A DNA stretch of 64,000 bases from Eledone cirrhosa (lineage: Eukaryota). The position numbers and the translations under genes are program-made. Of this stretch, positions 1-14,080 are shown one piece after another. The DNA is taken from contig OZ024743.1 of the NCBI GenBank assembly GCA_964016885.1, positions 131,502,001 through 131,566,000 on the forward strand. The letters are read 5' to 3'. Positions within the stretch are counted from its first letter, which is position 1. Each line of letters starts with the position of its first letter. Under the pieces are notes generated by a model that did not search any database, was not told where the DNA came from, and worked only from the letters and a program-made list of their open reading frames with translations.

Positions 1-960
1 ACAAAACACCAAGCACCAAGCACCAACAACAAACACCAAACACCAAGCACCAAACACCGAGCACCAAGCCCCAAGCACCAAACACCAAGCACCAAGCACC
101 AAACACCAAGCACCAAGCACCAAGCACCATGCACCAAACACCAAGCACCAAGCACCAAACAGCAAACACCAAACACCAAACACCAAGCACCAAGCACCAA
201 ACACCATACGCCAAACACCAAACACCAAGCACCAAGCACCAAACACCAAGCACCAAGCACCAAAGACCGAACACCAAGCACCAAGCACGAAACACCAAGC
301 ACCAAGCACCGAGCACCAAACACCAAACACCAAACACCAAGCACCAAGCACCAAACACCAAACACCAAGAACCAAGCACCAAACACCAAATACCAAGCAC
401 CAAGCACTAAACACCAAACACCAAGCACCAAACACCAAGCACCAAGCACCAAGCACCAAGCACCAAACACAAAACACCAAGTACCAAGCACCAAGCACCA
501 AACACCAAACACCTAACACCAAGCACCAAGCACCAAACACCAAACACCAAGCACCAAGCACCAGAGACCAAGCACCAAGCACCAAGGACCAAACACCAAA
601 CACCAAACACCAGGCACAAAGCACCAAACACCAAGCACCAAGCACCAAACACCAAAGACCAAGCACAAAGCACCAAAGAGCAAAAACAAAGCACCAAGCA
701 CCAAACACCAAACACCAAACACCAAACAGCAAACACCAAACACCAAATAGCAAACACCAAAGGGCAAACTCCAAACACCAAACAGCAAACACAAAACACC
801 AAACAGCAAACAACAAACAGCAAACAGCAAACAGCAAACAGCAAACAGCAAACACCAAACACCAAGCATCAAGCACCAAGCACCAAACACCAACACCAAG
901 CACCAAGCACCAAACACCAAGCACCAAGCACCAAACACCAAACACCAAGCTCCAAGCACC

Positions 961-972
961 AAAAAAAAAAAA
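961..972 (+). repeat. A12 homopolymer within the satellite (copy 1 of 6)
   Basis: CTCCAAG CACC-A12-CACCAAG CACCAAA CCCCAAG. Confidence 0.95.
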
Positions 973-1019
973 CACCAAGCACCAAACCCCAAGCACCAAA
1001 CACCAAGCACCAAGCACCA

Positions 1020-1740
1020 AACACCAAACATCAAACAACAATCACCAAACATCAAACAGCAAACACCAAACACCAAACACCAAACATCAAACACCAAACA
1101 GCAAACAACAAACAACAAACGCCAAACATCAAACGCCAAACACCAAACGCCAAATAGCAAACACCAAACCGCAAACACCAAACACCAAACAGCAAACACC
1201 AAACAGCGAACTCCAAACAGCAAACACCAAACAGCAAACAGCAAACAGCAAACACCAAACACCAAACACCAAGCACCAAACTCCAAACACCAAGCACCAA
1301 GCACCAAGCACAAAACACCAAGCACCAAGCGCTAAACATAAAACACTAAGCACCAAGCACCAAGCACCAAGCACCAAACACCAAACATCAAACACCAATC
1401 ACCAAACATCAAACAGCAAACACCAAACACCAAACACCAAACATCAAACACCAAATAGCAAACAACAAACAACAAACGCCAAACATCAAACGCCAAACAC
1501 AAACACCAAATAGCAAACACCAAACCGCAAACACCAAACTCCAAACAGCAAACACCAAACACCAAACAGCGAACACCAAACAGCAAACACCAAACAGCAA
1601 ACACCAAACACCAAGCACCAAACACCAAACACCAAGCACGAAGCACCAAGCACAAAACACCAAGCACCAAGCACCAAACACCAAGCACCAAACACCAAAC
1701 ACCAAGCACCAAGTGCCAAACACCAAGCACCAAGCACCAA
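1020..1740 (+). repeat. 357-bp (51-monomer) internal direct duplication of the CATCAAA/TAGCAAA/CCGCAAA module; recurs in most higher-order units (364 bp in right-hand copies)
   Basis: CATCAAA..CAAT CACCAAA CATCAAA CAGCAAA occurs at ~1029 and ~1386. ORF-track pairs 1052/1409 (357), 21992/22356 and 29179/29543 (364). Confidence 0.8.
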
Positions 1741-4197
1741 GCACGAAACACCAAGCACCAATCACCAAACACCAAACACCAAGCACCAAACACCAAACAG
1801 CAAACACCAATCACCAAACACCAAACACCAAACAGCAAACACCAATCACCAAACACCAAACACCAAACACCAAACAGTAAACACCAAACACCAAACAGCA
1901 AACACCAAACACCAAACACCAAACAGCAAACACCAAGCAGCAAACACCAAACAGCAAACACCAAACACCAAACACCAAATAGCAAACACCAAACAGCAAA
2001 CACCAAACAGCAAACACCAAACAGCAAACACCAGACAGCAAACAGCAAACACCAAACACCAAACACCAAGCACCAAGCACCAAACACCAAGCACCAAGCA
2101 CCAAGCACCAATCACCAAGCACCAAGCACTAAACACCAAACACCAAGCACCAAGCACCAAGCACCAAACAGCAAGCACCAAGCACCATGCACCAAACGCC
2201 AAGAACCAAGCACCAAACACCAAGCACCAAGCACCAAGCACCAAACACCAAGCACCAAAGACCAAGCACCAAATACCAAGCACCAAGCACCAAACACCAA
2301 GCACCAAGCACCAAGCACCAAACACCAAGAACCAAGCACCAATCACTAAACACCAAACACCAAGCACCAAGCACCAAACACCAAACACCAAGCACCAAGT
2401 ACCAAACACCAAACACCAAACACCAAGCACCAAGCACCAAATCCCAAGCACCAAACACCAAGCACCAAGCACCAAACACCAAACACCAAGCACGAAGCAC
2501 CAAGCATCAAATACAAAACACCAAACACCAAGCACCACACATCAAACACCAAGCACGAAGCACCAATCGCCAAGCACCAAGCACCAAGCAATAAACACAA
2601 AGCACCAAGCACCAAGCACCAAGCACCAAGCACCAAGCACCAAACACCAAGCACCAAGCACCCAACACCAAACACCAATCACCAAGCACCAAAGAGCAAA
2701 CACGAAGCCCCAAGCACCAAACAACCAACACCAAACACCAAACATCAAACACCAATCACGAATCACAAAACACCAAACACCAAACATCAAACACCAATCA
2801 CGAATCACCAAGCACCAAACACCAAACACCAAGCACCAAGCACCAAGCACCAAACACCAAACACCAAGCACCAAGCACTAAACACCAAACACCAAGCACC
2901 AAGCACCAAGCACCAAACACCAAGCACCAAGCACCAAGCACCAAACACCAAGCACCAAGCACCAAACACCAAACACCAAGCACCAAACACCAAGCACCAA
3001 ACAGCAAGCACCAAGCACCAAGCACCAGACACCAAGCACCAAGCACCAAACACCAAACACCAAGCACCAAGCACTAAACACCAAACACCAAGCACCAAGC
3101 ACCAAGCACCAAGCACCAAGCACCAAACACCAAGCACCAAGCACCAAGCACCAAGCACCAAGCACCAAGCACCAAACACCAAGCACCAAGCACCAAACAG
3201 CAAACACCAAGCACCAAACACCAAACACCAAGCACCAAGCACCAAACACCAAACACCAAACACCAAGCACCAAGCCCCAAGCACCAAACACCAAGCACCA
3301 AGCACCAAACACCAAGCACGAAGCACCAAGCACCATGCACCAAACACCAAGCCCCAAGCACCAAACACCAAGCACCAAGCACCAAACACCAAACACCAAG
3401 CACCAAGCACCCAGAACCAAACAGCAAACACCAAACACCAAACACCAAACACCGAACAGCAAACACCAAACAGCAAACACCAAACAGCAAACAGCAAACA
3501 AGCACCAAGCACCAAACACCAAGCACCAAGCACCAAACAACAACACCAAGCACCAAGCACCAAACACCAAGCGCCAAGCACCAAACACCAAACACCAAGC
3601 TCCAAGCACCAAACACCATACACCAAGCACCAAGCACCAAACACCAATCACCAAGCACCAAGCACCAAACCCCAAGCACCAAACACCAAGCACCAATCAC
3701 CAAACACCAAACACCCAGCACCAAGCACCAAACACCAAGCACCAAGCACCAAGCACCAAACACCAAGCACCAAGTACCAAACACCAAACACCAAGCACCA
3801 AGCACCAAACACCAAACACCAAGCACCAAGCACCAAACACCAAACACCAGGCTCCAAGCACAAAACACCAAGCACCAAGCACCAAGCAACAAACACCAAA
3901 CACCAAGCACCAAACACCAAGCACCAAGCCCCAAGCACCAAACACCAAGCACCAAGCACCAAACACCAAGCACCAAGCACCAAGCACCATGCACCAAACA
4001 CCAAGCACCAAGCACCAAACAGCAAACACCAAACAGCAAACACCAAACAGCAAACACCAAACAGCAAACACCAAACAGCAAACAGCAAACACCAAACACC
4101 AAGCATCAAGCACCAAGCACCAAACACCAACACCAAGCACCAAGCACCAAACACCAAGCACCAAGCACCAAACACCAAACACCAAGCTCCAAGCACC

Positions 4198-4209
4198 AAA
4201 AAAAAAAAA
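4198..4209 (+). repeat. A12 homopolymer (copy 2 of 6)
   Basis: Same flanks and length as 961-972. Confidence 0.95.
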
Positions 4210-6829
4210 CACCAAGCACCAAACCCCAAGCACCAAACACCAAGCACAAAACACCAAGCACCAAGCACCAAACACCAAACATCAAACAGCAATCACCAAA
4301 CATCAAACAGCAAACACCAAACACCAAACACCAAACATCAAACACCAAACAGCAAACAACAAACAACAAACGCCAAACATCAAACGCCAAACACCAAACG
4401 CCAAATAGCAAACACCAAACCGCAAACACCAAACACCAAACAGCAAACACCAAACAGCGAACTCCAAACAGCAAACACCAAACAGCAAACAGCAAACAGC
4501 AAACACCAAACACCAAACACCAAGCACCAAACTCCAAACACCAAGCACCAAGCACCAAACACAAAACACCAAGCACCAAGCGCTAAACATAAAACACTAA
4601 GCACCAAGCACCAAGCACCAAGCACCAAACACCAAACATCAAACACCAATCACCAAACATCAAACAGCAAACACCAAACACCAAACACCAAACATCAAAC
4701 ACCAAATAGCAAACAACAAACAACAAACGCCAAACATCAAACGCCAAACACAAACACCAAATAGCAAACACCAAACCGCAAACACCAAACTCCAAACAGC
4801 AAACACCAAACACCAAACAGCGAACACCAAACAGCAAACACCAAACAGCAAACACCAAACACCAAGCACCAAACACCAAACACCAAGCACGAAGCACCAA
4901 GCACAAAACACCAAGCACCAAGCACCAAACACCAAGCACCAAACACCAAACACCAAGCACCAAGCGCCAAACACCAAGCACCAAGCACCAAGCACGAAAC
5001 ACCAAGCACCAATCACCAAACACCAAACACCAAGCACCAAACACCAAACAGCAAACACCAATCACCAAACACCAAACACCAAACAGCAAACACCAATCAC
5101 CAAACACCAAACACCAAACACCAAACAGTAAACACCAAACACCAAACAGCAAACACCAAACACCAAACCCCAAACAGCAAACACCAAACACCAAACACCA
5201 AACAGCAAACACCAAACAAACAGCAAACAGCAAACACCAAGCAGCAAACACCAAACAGCAAACACCAAACACCAAACACCAAATAGCAAACACCAAACAG
5301 CAAACACCAAACAGCAAACACCAAACAGCAAACACCAGACAGCAAACAGCAAACACCAAACACCAAACACCAAGCACCAAGCACCAAACACCAAGCACCA
5401 AGCACCAAGCACCAATCACCAAGCACCAAGCACTAAACACCAAACACCAAGCTCCAAGCACCAAGCACCAAACAGCAAGCACCAAGCACCATGCACCAAA
5501 CGCCAAGCACCAAGCACCAAACACCAAGCACCAAGCACCAAGCACCAAACACCAAGCACCAAAGACCAAGCACCAAATACCAAGCACCAAGCACCAAACA
5601 CCAATCACCAAGCACCAAGCACCAAACACCAAGAACCAAGCACCAATCACTAAACACCAAACACCAAGCACCAAGCACCAAACACCAAACACCAAGCACC
5701 AAGTACCAAACACCAAACACCAAACACCAAGCACCAAGCACCAAATCCCAAGCACCAAACACCAAGGACCAAGCACCAAACACCAAACACCAAGCACGAA
5801 GCACCAAGCATCAAATACCAAACACCAAACACCAAGCACCACACATCAAACACCAAGCACGAAGCACCAATCGCCAAGCACCAAGCACCAAGCAATAAAC
5901 ACAAAGCACCAGGCACCAAGCACCAAGCACCAAGCACCAAGCACCAAACACCAAGCACCAAGCACCCAACACCAAACACCAATCACCAAGCACCAAAGAG
6001 CAAACACGAAGCCCCAAGCACCAAACACCCAACACCAAACACCAAACATCAAACACCAATCACGAATCACAAAACACCAAACACCAAACATCAAACACCA
6101 ATCACGAATCACCAAGCACCAAACACCAAACACCAAGCACCAAGCACCAAGCACCAAACACCAAACACCAAGCACCAAGCACTAAACACCAAACACCAAG
6201 CACCAAGCACCAAGCACCAAACACCAAGCACCAAGCACCAAGCACCAAACACCAAGCACCAAGCACCAAACACCAAACACCAAGCACCAAACACCAAGCA
6301 CCAAACAGCAAGCACCAAGCACCAAGCACCAGACACCAAGCACCAAGCACCAAACACCAAACACCAAGCACCAAGCACTAAACACCAAACACCAAGCACC
6401 AAGCACCAAGCACCAAGCACCAAGCACCAAACACCAAGCACCAAGCACCAAGCACCAAGCACCAAGCACCAAACACCAAGCACCAAGCACCAAACAGCAA
6501 ACACCAAGCACCAAACACCAAACACCAAGCACCAAGCACCAAACACCAAACACAAAACACCAAGCACCAAGCCACAAGCACCAAACACCAAGCACCAAGC
6601 ACCAAACACCAAGCACGAAGCACCAAGCACCATGCACCAAACACCAAGCCCCAAGCACCAAACACCAAGCACCAAGCACCAAACACCAAACACCAAGCAC
6701 CAAGCACCCAGAACCAAACAGCAAACACCAAACACCAAACACCAAACACCAAACAGCAAACACCAAACAGCAAACACCAAACAGCAAACAGCAAACAAGC
6801 ACCAAGCACCAAACACCAAGCACCAAGCA

Positions 6830-9800
6830 CCAAACAACAACACCAAGCACCAAGCACCAAACACCAAGCGCCAAGCACCAAACACCAAACACCAAGCTCC
6901 AAGCACCAAACACCATACACCAAGCACCAAGCACCAAACACCAATCACCAAGCACCAAGCACCAAACCCCAAGCACCAAACACCAAGCACCAATCACCAA
7001 ACACCAAACACCCAGCACCAAGCACCAAACACCAAGCACCAAGCACCAAGCACCAAACACCAAGCACCAAGTACCAAACACCAAACACCAAGCACCAAGT
7101 ACCAAACACCAAACACCAAGCACCAAGCACCAAACACCAAACACCAAGCACCAAGCACCAAACACCAAACACCAGGCTCCAAGCACAAAACACCAAGCAC
7201 CAAGCACCAAGCAACAAACACCAAACACCAAGCACCAAACACCAAGCACCAAGCCCCAAGCACCAAACACCAAGCACCAAGCACCAAACACCAAGCACCA
7301 AGCACCAAGCACCATGCACCAAACACCAAGCACCAAGCACCAAACAGCAAACACCAAACAACAAACACTAAACAGCAAACACCAAACAGCAAACACCAAA
7401 CACCAAGCACCAAGCACCAAACACCATACGCCAAACACCAAACACCAAGCACCAAGCACCAAACACCAAGCACCAAGCACCAAAGACCAAACACCAAGCA
7501 CCAAGCACGAAACACCAAGCACCAAGCACCGAGCACCAAACACCAAACACCAAACACCAAGCACCAAGCACCAAACACCAAACACCAAGAACCAAGCACC
7601 AAACACCAAATACCAAGCACCAAGCACTAAACACCAAACACCAAGCACCAAACACCAAGCACCAAGCACCAAGCACCAAGCACCAAACACAAAACACCAA
7701 GTACCAAGCACCAAGCACCAAACACCAAACACCAAACACCAAGCACCAAGCACCAAACACCAAACACCAAGCACCAAGCACCAGAGACCAAGCACCAAGC
7801 ACCAAGGACCAAACACCAAACACCAAACACCAGGCACAAAGCACCAAACACCAAGCACCAAGCACCAAACACCAAAGACCAAGCACAAAGCACCAAAGAG
7901 CAAAAACAAAGCACCAAGCACCAAACACCAAACACCAAACACCAAACAGCAAACACCAAACACCAAATAGCAAACACCAAAGGGCAAACTCCAAACACCA
8001 AACAGCAAACACAAAACACCAAACAGCAAACAACAAACAGCAAACAGCAAACAGCAAACAGCAAACACCAAACACCAAACACCAAGCTCCAAGCACCAAA
8101 CAACAACACCAAGCACCAAGCACCAAACACCAAGCACCAAGCACCAAACACCTAACACCAAGCTCCAAGCACCAAACACCATACACCAAGCACCAAGCTC
8201 CAAACACCAATCACCAAGCACCAAGCACCAAACCCCAAGCACCAAACACCAAGCACAAATCACCAAACACCAAACACCCAGCACCAAGCACCAAACACCA
8301 AGCACCAAGCACCAAGCACCAAACACCAAGCACCAAGTACCAAACACCAAACACCAAGCACCAAGTACCAAACACCAAACACCAAGCACCAAGCACCAAA
8401 CACCAAACACCAAGCACCAAGCACCAAACACCAAACACCAGGCTCCAAGCACAAAACACCAAGCACCAAGCACCAAGCAACAAAGACCAAACACCAAGCA
8501 CCAAACACCAAGCACCAAGCCCCAAGCACCAAACACCAAGCACCAAGCGCCAAACACCAAGCACCAAGCACCAAGCACCATGCACCAAACACCAAGCACC
8601 AAGCACCAAACAGCAAACACCAAACAGCAAACACCAAACAGCAAACACCAAACAGCAAACACCAAACACCAAGCACCAAGCACCAAACACCATACGCCAA
8701 ACACCAAACACCAAGCACCAAGCACGAAACACCAAGCACCAAGCACCGAGCACCAAACACCAAACACCAAACACCAAGCACCAAGCACCAAACACCAAAC
8801 ACCAAGAACCAAGCACCAAACACCAAATACCAAGCACCAAGCACTAAACACCAAACACCAAGCACCAAACACCAAGCACCAAGCACCAAGCACCAAGCAC
8901 CAAACACAAAACACCAAGTACCAAGCACCAAGCACCAAACACCAAACACCAAACACCAAGCACCAAGCACCAAACACCAAACACCAAGCACCAAGCACCA
9001 GAGACCAAGCACCAAGCACCAAGGACCAAACACCAAACACCAAACACCAGGCAAAAAGCACCAAACACCATGCACCAAGCACCAAACACCAAAGACCAAG
9101 CACAAAGCACCAAAGAGCAAAAACAAAGCACCAAGCACCAAACACCAAACACCAAACACCAAACAGCAAACACCAAACACCAAATAGCAAACACCAAAGG
9201 GCAAACTCCAAACACCAAACAGCAAACACAAAACACCAAACAGCAAACAACAAACAGCAAACAGCAAACAGCAAACAGCAAACAGCAAACACCAAACACC
9301 AAGCACCAAGCACCAAGCACCAAACACCAACACCAAGCACCAAGCACCAAACACCAAGCACCAAGCACCAAACACCAAACACCAAACACCAAACACCAAA
9401 CAGCAAACACCAAACAGCAAACAGCAAACAAGCACCAAGCACCAAACACCAAGCACCAAGCACCAAACAACAACACCAAGCACCAAGCACCAAACACCAA
9501 GCGCCAAGCACCAAACACCAAACACCAAGCTCCAAGCACCAAACACCATACACCAAGCACCAAGCACCAAACACCAATCACCAAGCACCAAGCACCAAAC
9601 CCCAAGCACCAAACACCAAGCACCAATCACCAAACACCAAACACCCAGCACCAAGCACCAAACACCAAGCACCAAGCACCAAGCACCAAACACCAAGCAC
9701 CAAGTACCAAACACCAAACACTAAGCACCTAGTACCAAACACCAAACACCAAGCACCAAGCACCAAACACCAAACACCAAGCACCAAGCACCAAACACCA

Positions 9801-10760
9801 AACACCAGGCTCCAAGCACAAAACACCAAGCACCAAGCACCAAGCAACAAACACCAAACACCAAGCACCAAACACCAAGCACCAAGCCCCAAGCACCAAA
9901 CACCAAGCACCAAGCACCAAACACCAAGCACCAAGCACCAAGCACCATGCACCAAACACCAAGCACCAAGCACCAAACAGCAAACACCAAACAGCAAACA
10001 CCAAACAGCAAACACCAAACAGCAAACACCAAACACCAAGCACCAAGCACCAAACACCATACGCCAAACACCAAACACCAAGCACCAAGCACCAAACACC
10101 AAGCACCAAGCACCAAAGACCAAACACCAAGCACCAAGCACGAAACACCAAGCACCAAGCACCGAGCACCAAACACCAAACACCAAACACCAAGCACCAA
10201 GCACCAAACACCAAACACCAAGAACCAAGCACCAAACACCAAATACCAAGCACCAAGCACTAAACACCAAACACCAAGCACCAAACACCAAGCACCAAGC
10301 ACCAAGCACCAAGCACCAAACACAAAACACCAAGTACCAAGCACCAAGCACCAAACACCAAACACCTAACACCAAGCACCAAGCACCAAACACCAAACAC
10401 CAAGCACCAAGCACCAGAGACCAAGCACCAAGCACCAAGGACCAAACACCAAACACCAAACACCAGGCACAAAGCACCAAACACCAAGCACCAAGCACCA
10501 AACACCAAAGACCAAGCACAAAGCACCAAAGAGCAAAAACAAAGCACCAAGCACCAAACACCAAACACCAAACACCAAACAGCAAACACCAAACACCAAA
10601 TAGCAAACACCAAAGGGCAAACTCCAAACACCAAACAGCAAACACAAAACACCAAACAGCAAACAACAAACAGCAAACAGCAAACAGCAAACAGCAAACA
10701 GCAAACACCAAACACCAAGCATCAAGCACCAAGCACCAAACACCAACACCAAGCACCAAG
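6830..10760 (+). repeat. Three tandem ~1.2-1.4-kb sub-units (CAACAA...CACCAGGCTCC...CACCAGAGACC...AAGGGCAAACTCC module)
   Basis: CAACAA hexamer at 6835, 8101 and 9468; GGG landmark at 7982, 9199 and 10615; ORF-track starts 6945/8211/9578 and 7627/8844/10260. Confidence 0.85.
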
Positions 10761-10813
10761 CACCAAACACCAAGCACCAAGCACCAAACACCAAACACCA
10801 AGCTCCAAGCACC

Positions 10814-10825
10814 AAAAAAAAAAAA
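10814..10825 (+). repeat. A12 homopolymer (copy 3 of 6)
   Basis: Same flanks and length as 961-972. Confidence 0.95.
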
Positions 10826-13800
10826 CACCAAGCACCAAACCCCAAGCACCAAACACCAAGCACCAAGCACCAAACACCAAACATCAAACAGCAATCACCA
10901 AACATCAAACAGCAAACACCAAACACCAAACACCAAACATCAAACACCAAACAGCAAACAACAAACAACAAACGCCAAACATCAAGCGCCAAACACCAAA
11001 CGCCAAATAGCAAACACCAAACCGCAAACACCAAACACCAAACAGCAAACACCAAACAGCGAACTCCAAACAGCAAACACCAAACAGCAAACAGCAAACA
11101 GCAAACACCAAACACCAAACACCAAGCACCAAACTCCAAACACCAAGCACCAAGCACCAAGCACAAAACACCAAGCACCAAGCGCTAAACATAAAACACT
11201 AAGCACCAAGCACCAAGCACCAAGCACCAAACACCAAACATCAAACACCAATCACCAAACATCAAACAGCAAACACCAAACACCAAACACCAAACATCAA
11301 ACACCAAATAGCAAACAACAAACAACAAACGCCAAACATCAAACGCCAAACACAAACACCAAATAGCAAACACCAAACCGCAAACACCAAACTCCAAACA
11401 GCAAACACCAAACACCAAACAGCGAACACCAAACAGCAAACACCAAACAGCAAACACCAAACACCAAGCACCAAACACCAAACACCAAGCACGAAGCACC
11501 AAGCACAAAACACCAAGCACCAAGCACCAAACACCAAGCACCAAACACCAAACACCAAACACCAAGCGCCAAACACCAAGCACCAAGCACCAAGCACGAA
11601 ACACCAAGCACCAATCACCAAACACCAAACACCAAGCACCAAACACCAAACAGCAAACACCAATCACCAAACACCAAACACCAAACAGCAAACACCAATC
11701 ACCAAACACCAAACACCAAACACCAAACAGTAAACACCAAACACCAAACAGCAAACACCAAACACCAAACAGCAAACACCAAACACCAAACACCAAACAG
11801 CAAACACCAAACAAACAGCAAACAGCAAACACCAAGCAGCAAACACCAAACAGCAAACACCAAACACCAAACACCAAATAGCAAACACCAAACAGCAAAC
11901 ACCAAACAGCAAACACCAAACAGCAAACACCAGACAGCAAACAGCAAACACCAAACACCAAACACCAAGCACCAAGCACCAAACACCAAGCACCAAGCAC
12001 CAAGCACCAAACAGCAAGCACCAAGCACCATGCACCAACCGCCAAGCACCAAGCACCAAACACCAAGCACCAAGCACCAAGCACCAAACACCAAGCACCA
12101 AAGACCAAGCACCAAATACCAAGCACCAAGCACCAAACACCAATCACCAAGCACCAAGCACCAAACACCAAGAACCAAGCACCAATCACTAAACACCAAA
12201 CACCAAGCACCAAGCACCAAACACCAAACACCAAGCACCAAGTACCAAACACCAAACACCAAACACCAAGCACCAAGCACCAAATCCCAAGCACCAAACA
12301 CCAAGCACCAAGCACCAAACACCAAACACCAAGCACGAAGCACCAAGCATCAAATACCAAACACCAAACACCAAGCACCACACATCAAACACCAAGCACG
12401 AAGCACCAATCGCCAAGCACCAAGCACCAAGCAATAAACACAAAGCACCAAGCACCAAGCACCAAGCACCAAGCACCAAGCACCAAACACCAAGCACCAA
12501 GCACCCAACACCAAACACCAATCACCAAGCACCAAAGAGCAAACACGAAGCCCCAAGCACCAAACAACCAACACCAAACACCAAACATCAAACACCAATC
12601 ACGAATCACAAAACACCAAACACCAAACATCAAACACCAATCACGAATCACCAAGCACCAAACACCAAACACCAAGCACCAAGCACCAAGCACCAAACAC
12701 CAAACACCAAGCACCAAGCACTAAACACCAAACACAAAGCACCAAGCAACAAGCACCAAACACCAAGCACCAAGCACCAAGCACCAAACACCAAGCACCA
12801 AGCACCAAACACCAAACACCAAGCACCAAACACCAAGCACCAAACAGCAAGCACCAAGCACCAAGCACCAGACACCAAGCACCAAGCACCAAACACCAAA
12901 CACCAAGCACCAAGCACTAAACACCAAACACCAAGCACCAAGCACCAAGCACCAAGCACCAAGCACCAAACACCAAGCACCAAGCACCAAGGACCAAGCA
13001 CCAAGCACCAAGCACCAAACACCAAGCACCAAGCACCAAACAGCAAACACCAAGCACCAAACACCAAACACCAAGCACCAAGCACTAAACACCAAACACC
13101 AAACACCAAGCACCAAGCCCCAAGCACCAAACACCAAGCACCAAGCACCAAACACCAAGCACGAAGCACGAAGCACCATGCACCAAACACCAAGCCCCAA
13201 GCACCAAACACCAAGCACCAAGCACCAAACACCAAACACCAAGCACCAAGCACCCAGAACCAAACAGCAAACACCAAACACCAAACACCAAACACCGAAC
13301 AGCAAACACCAAACAGCAAACACCAAACAGCAAACAGCAAACAAGCACCAAGCACCAAACACCAAGCACCAAGCACCAAACAACAACACCAAGCACCAAG
13401 CACCAAACACCAAGCGCCAAGCACCAAACACCAAACACCAAGCTCCAAGCACCAAACACCATACACCAAGCACCAAGCACCAAACACCAATCACCAAGCA
13501 CCAAGCACCAAACCCCAAGCACCAAACACCAAGCACCAATCACCAAACACCAAACACCCAGCACCAAGCACCAAACACCAAGCACCAAGCACCAAGCACC
13601 AAACACCAAGCACCAAGTACCAAACACCAAACACCAAGCACCAAGTACCAAACACCAAACACCAAGCACCAAGCACCAAACACCAAACACCAAGCACCAA
13701 GCACCAAACACCAAACACCAGGCTCCAAGCACAAAACACCAAGCACCAAGCACCAAGCAACAAACACCAAACACCAAGCACCAAACACCAAGCACCAAGC

Positions 13801-14068
13801 CCCAAGCACCAAACACCAAGCACCAAGCACCAAACACCAAGCACCAAGCACCAAGCACCATGCACCAAACACCAAGCACCAAGCACCAAACAGCAAACAC
13901 CAAACAGCAAACACCAAACAGCAAACACCAAACAGCAAACACCAAACAGCAAACAGCAAACACCAAACACCAAGCATCAAGCACCAAGCACCAAACACCA
14001 ACACCAAGCACCAAGCACCAAACACCAAGCACCAAGCACCAAACACCAAACACCAAGCTCCAAGCACC

Positions 14069-14080
14069 AAAAAAAAAAAA
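14069..14080 (+). repeat. A12 homopolymer (copy 4 of 6)
   Basis: Same flanks and length as 961-972. Confidence 0.95.

Larger units (their letters stand above)
1..5620 (+). repeat. Copy A of a ~5.6-kb block repeated at ~9.85-kb offset (copy B ~9820-15490)
   Basis: Offsets 9853 (GGG 762/10615; A12 961/10814; ORFs 407/10260), 9843 (2187/12030) and 9871 (4583/14454). Shared rare variants: CACCTAA ~510/10363, CAACCAA ~2722/12565, CACCGAACAGC ~3450/13293. Confidence 0.88.
840..7395 (+). repeat. Two tandem ~3.3-kb higher-order units
   Basis: Landmarks recur in the same order: A12 at 961 and 4198, CTAAACATAAAACACTAAG at 1332 and 4583. Matching ORF-track entries 2187/5491 and 2507/5811 are offset by 3304, and 3335/6632 by 3297. 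Confidence 0.9.

Noticed and set aside
961-972. A12 as a retroelement poly(A) tail
   Set aside because: No upstream element body and no distinguishable target-site duplication. It is most simply an expanded AAA of a monomer, later copied with the higher-order unit.
2590-2596. AATAAA polyadenylation signal in the CAATAAA variant (recurs in each copy of this module)
   Set aside because: It is a two-substitution variant monomer with no gene context or downstream GU-rich element.
2187-5491. Indels in the 3304-bp unit sum to exactly -7, suggesting compensatory phase restoration
   Set aside because: This has a 1-in-7 chance, and other periods (3251, 5535, 7215, 7806, 9853) are not multiples of 7.
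6182-9577. 1131-aa minus-strand ORF (and all other WCLVLGA-type ORFs) as a membrane protein
   Set aside because: The same peptide appears in all three overlapping frames, there is no non-repeat domain, periodicity is 7 nt rather than codon-based, and most listed starts are alternative codons. It is a translation artefact of the satellite.
8580-11366. 928-aa plus-strand ORF (and other TKHQAPS-type ORFs) as a mucin-like or RNA polymerase II CTD-like heptad protein
   Set aside because: The 7-aa period is simply three 7-bp monomers. ATGs come from the variant monomer CACCATG, and paralogous copies do not preserve the frame or stop positions.
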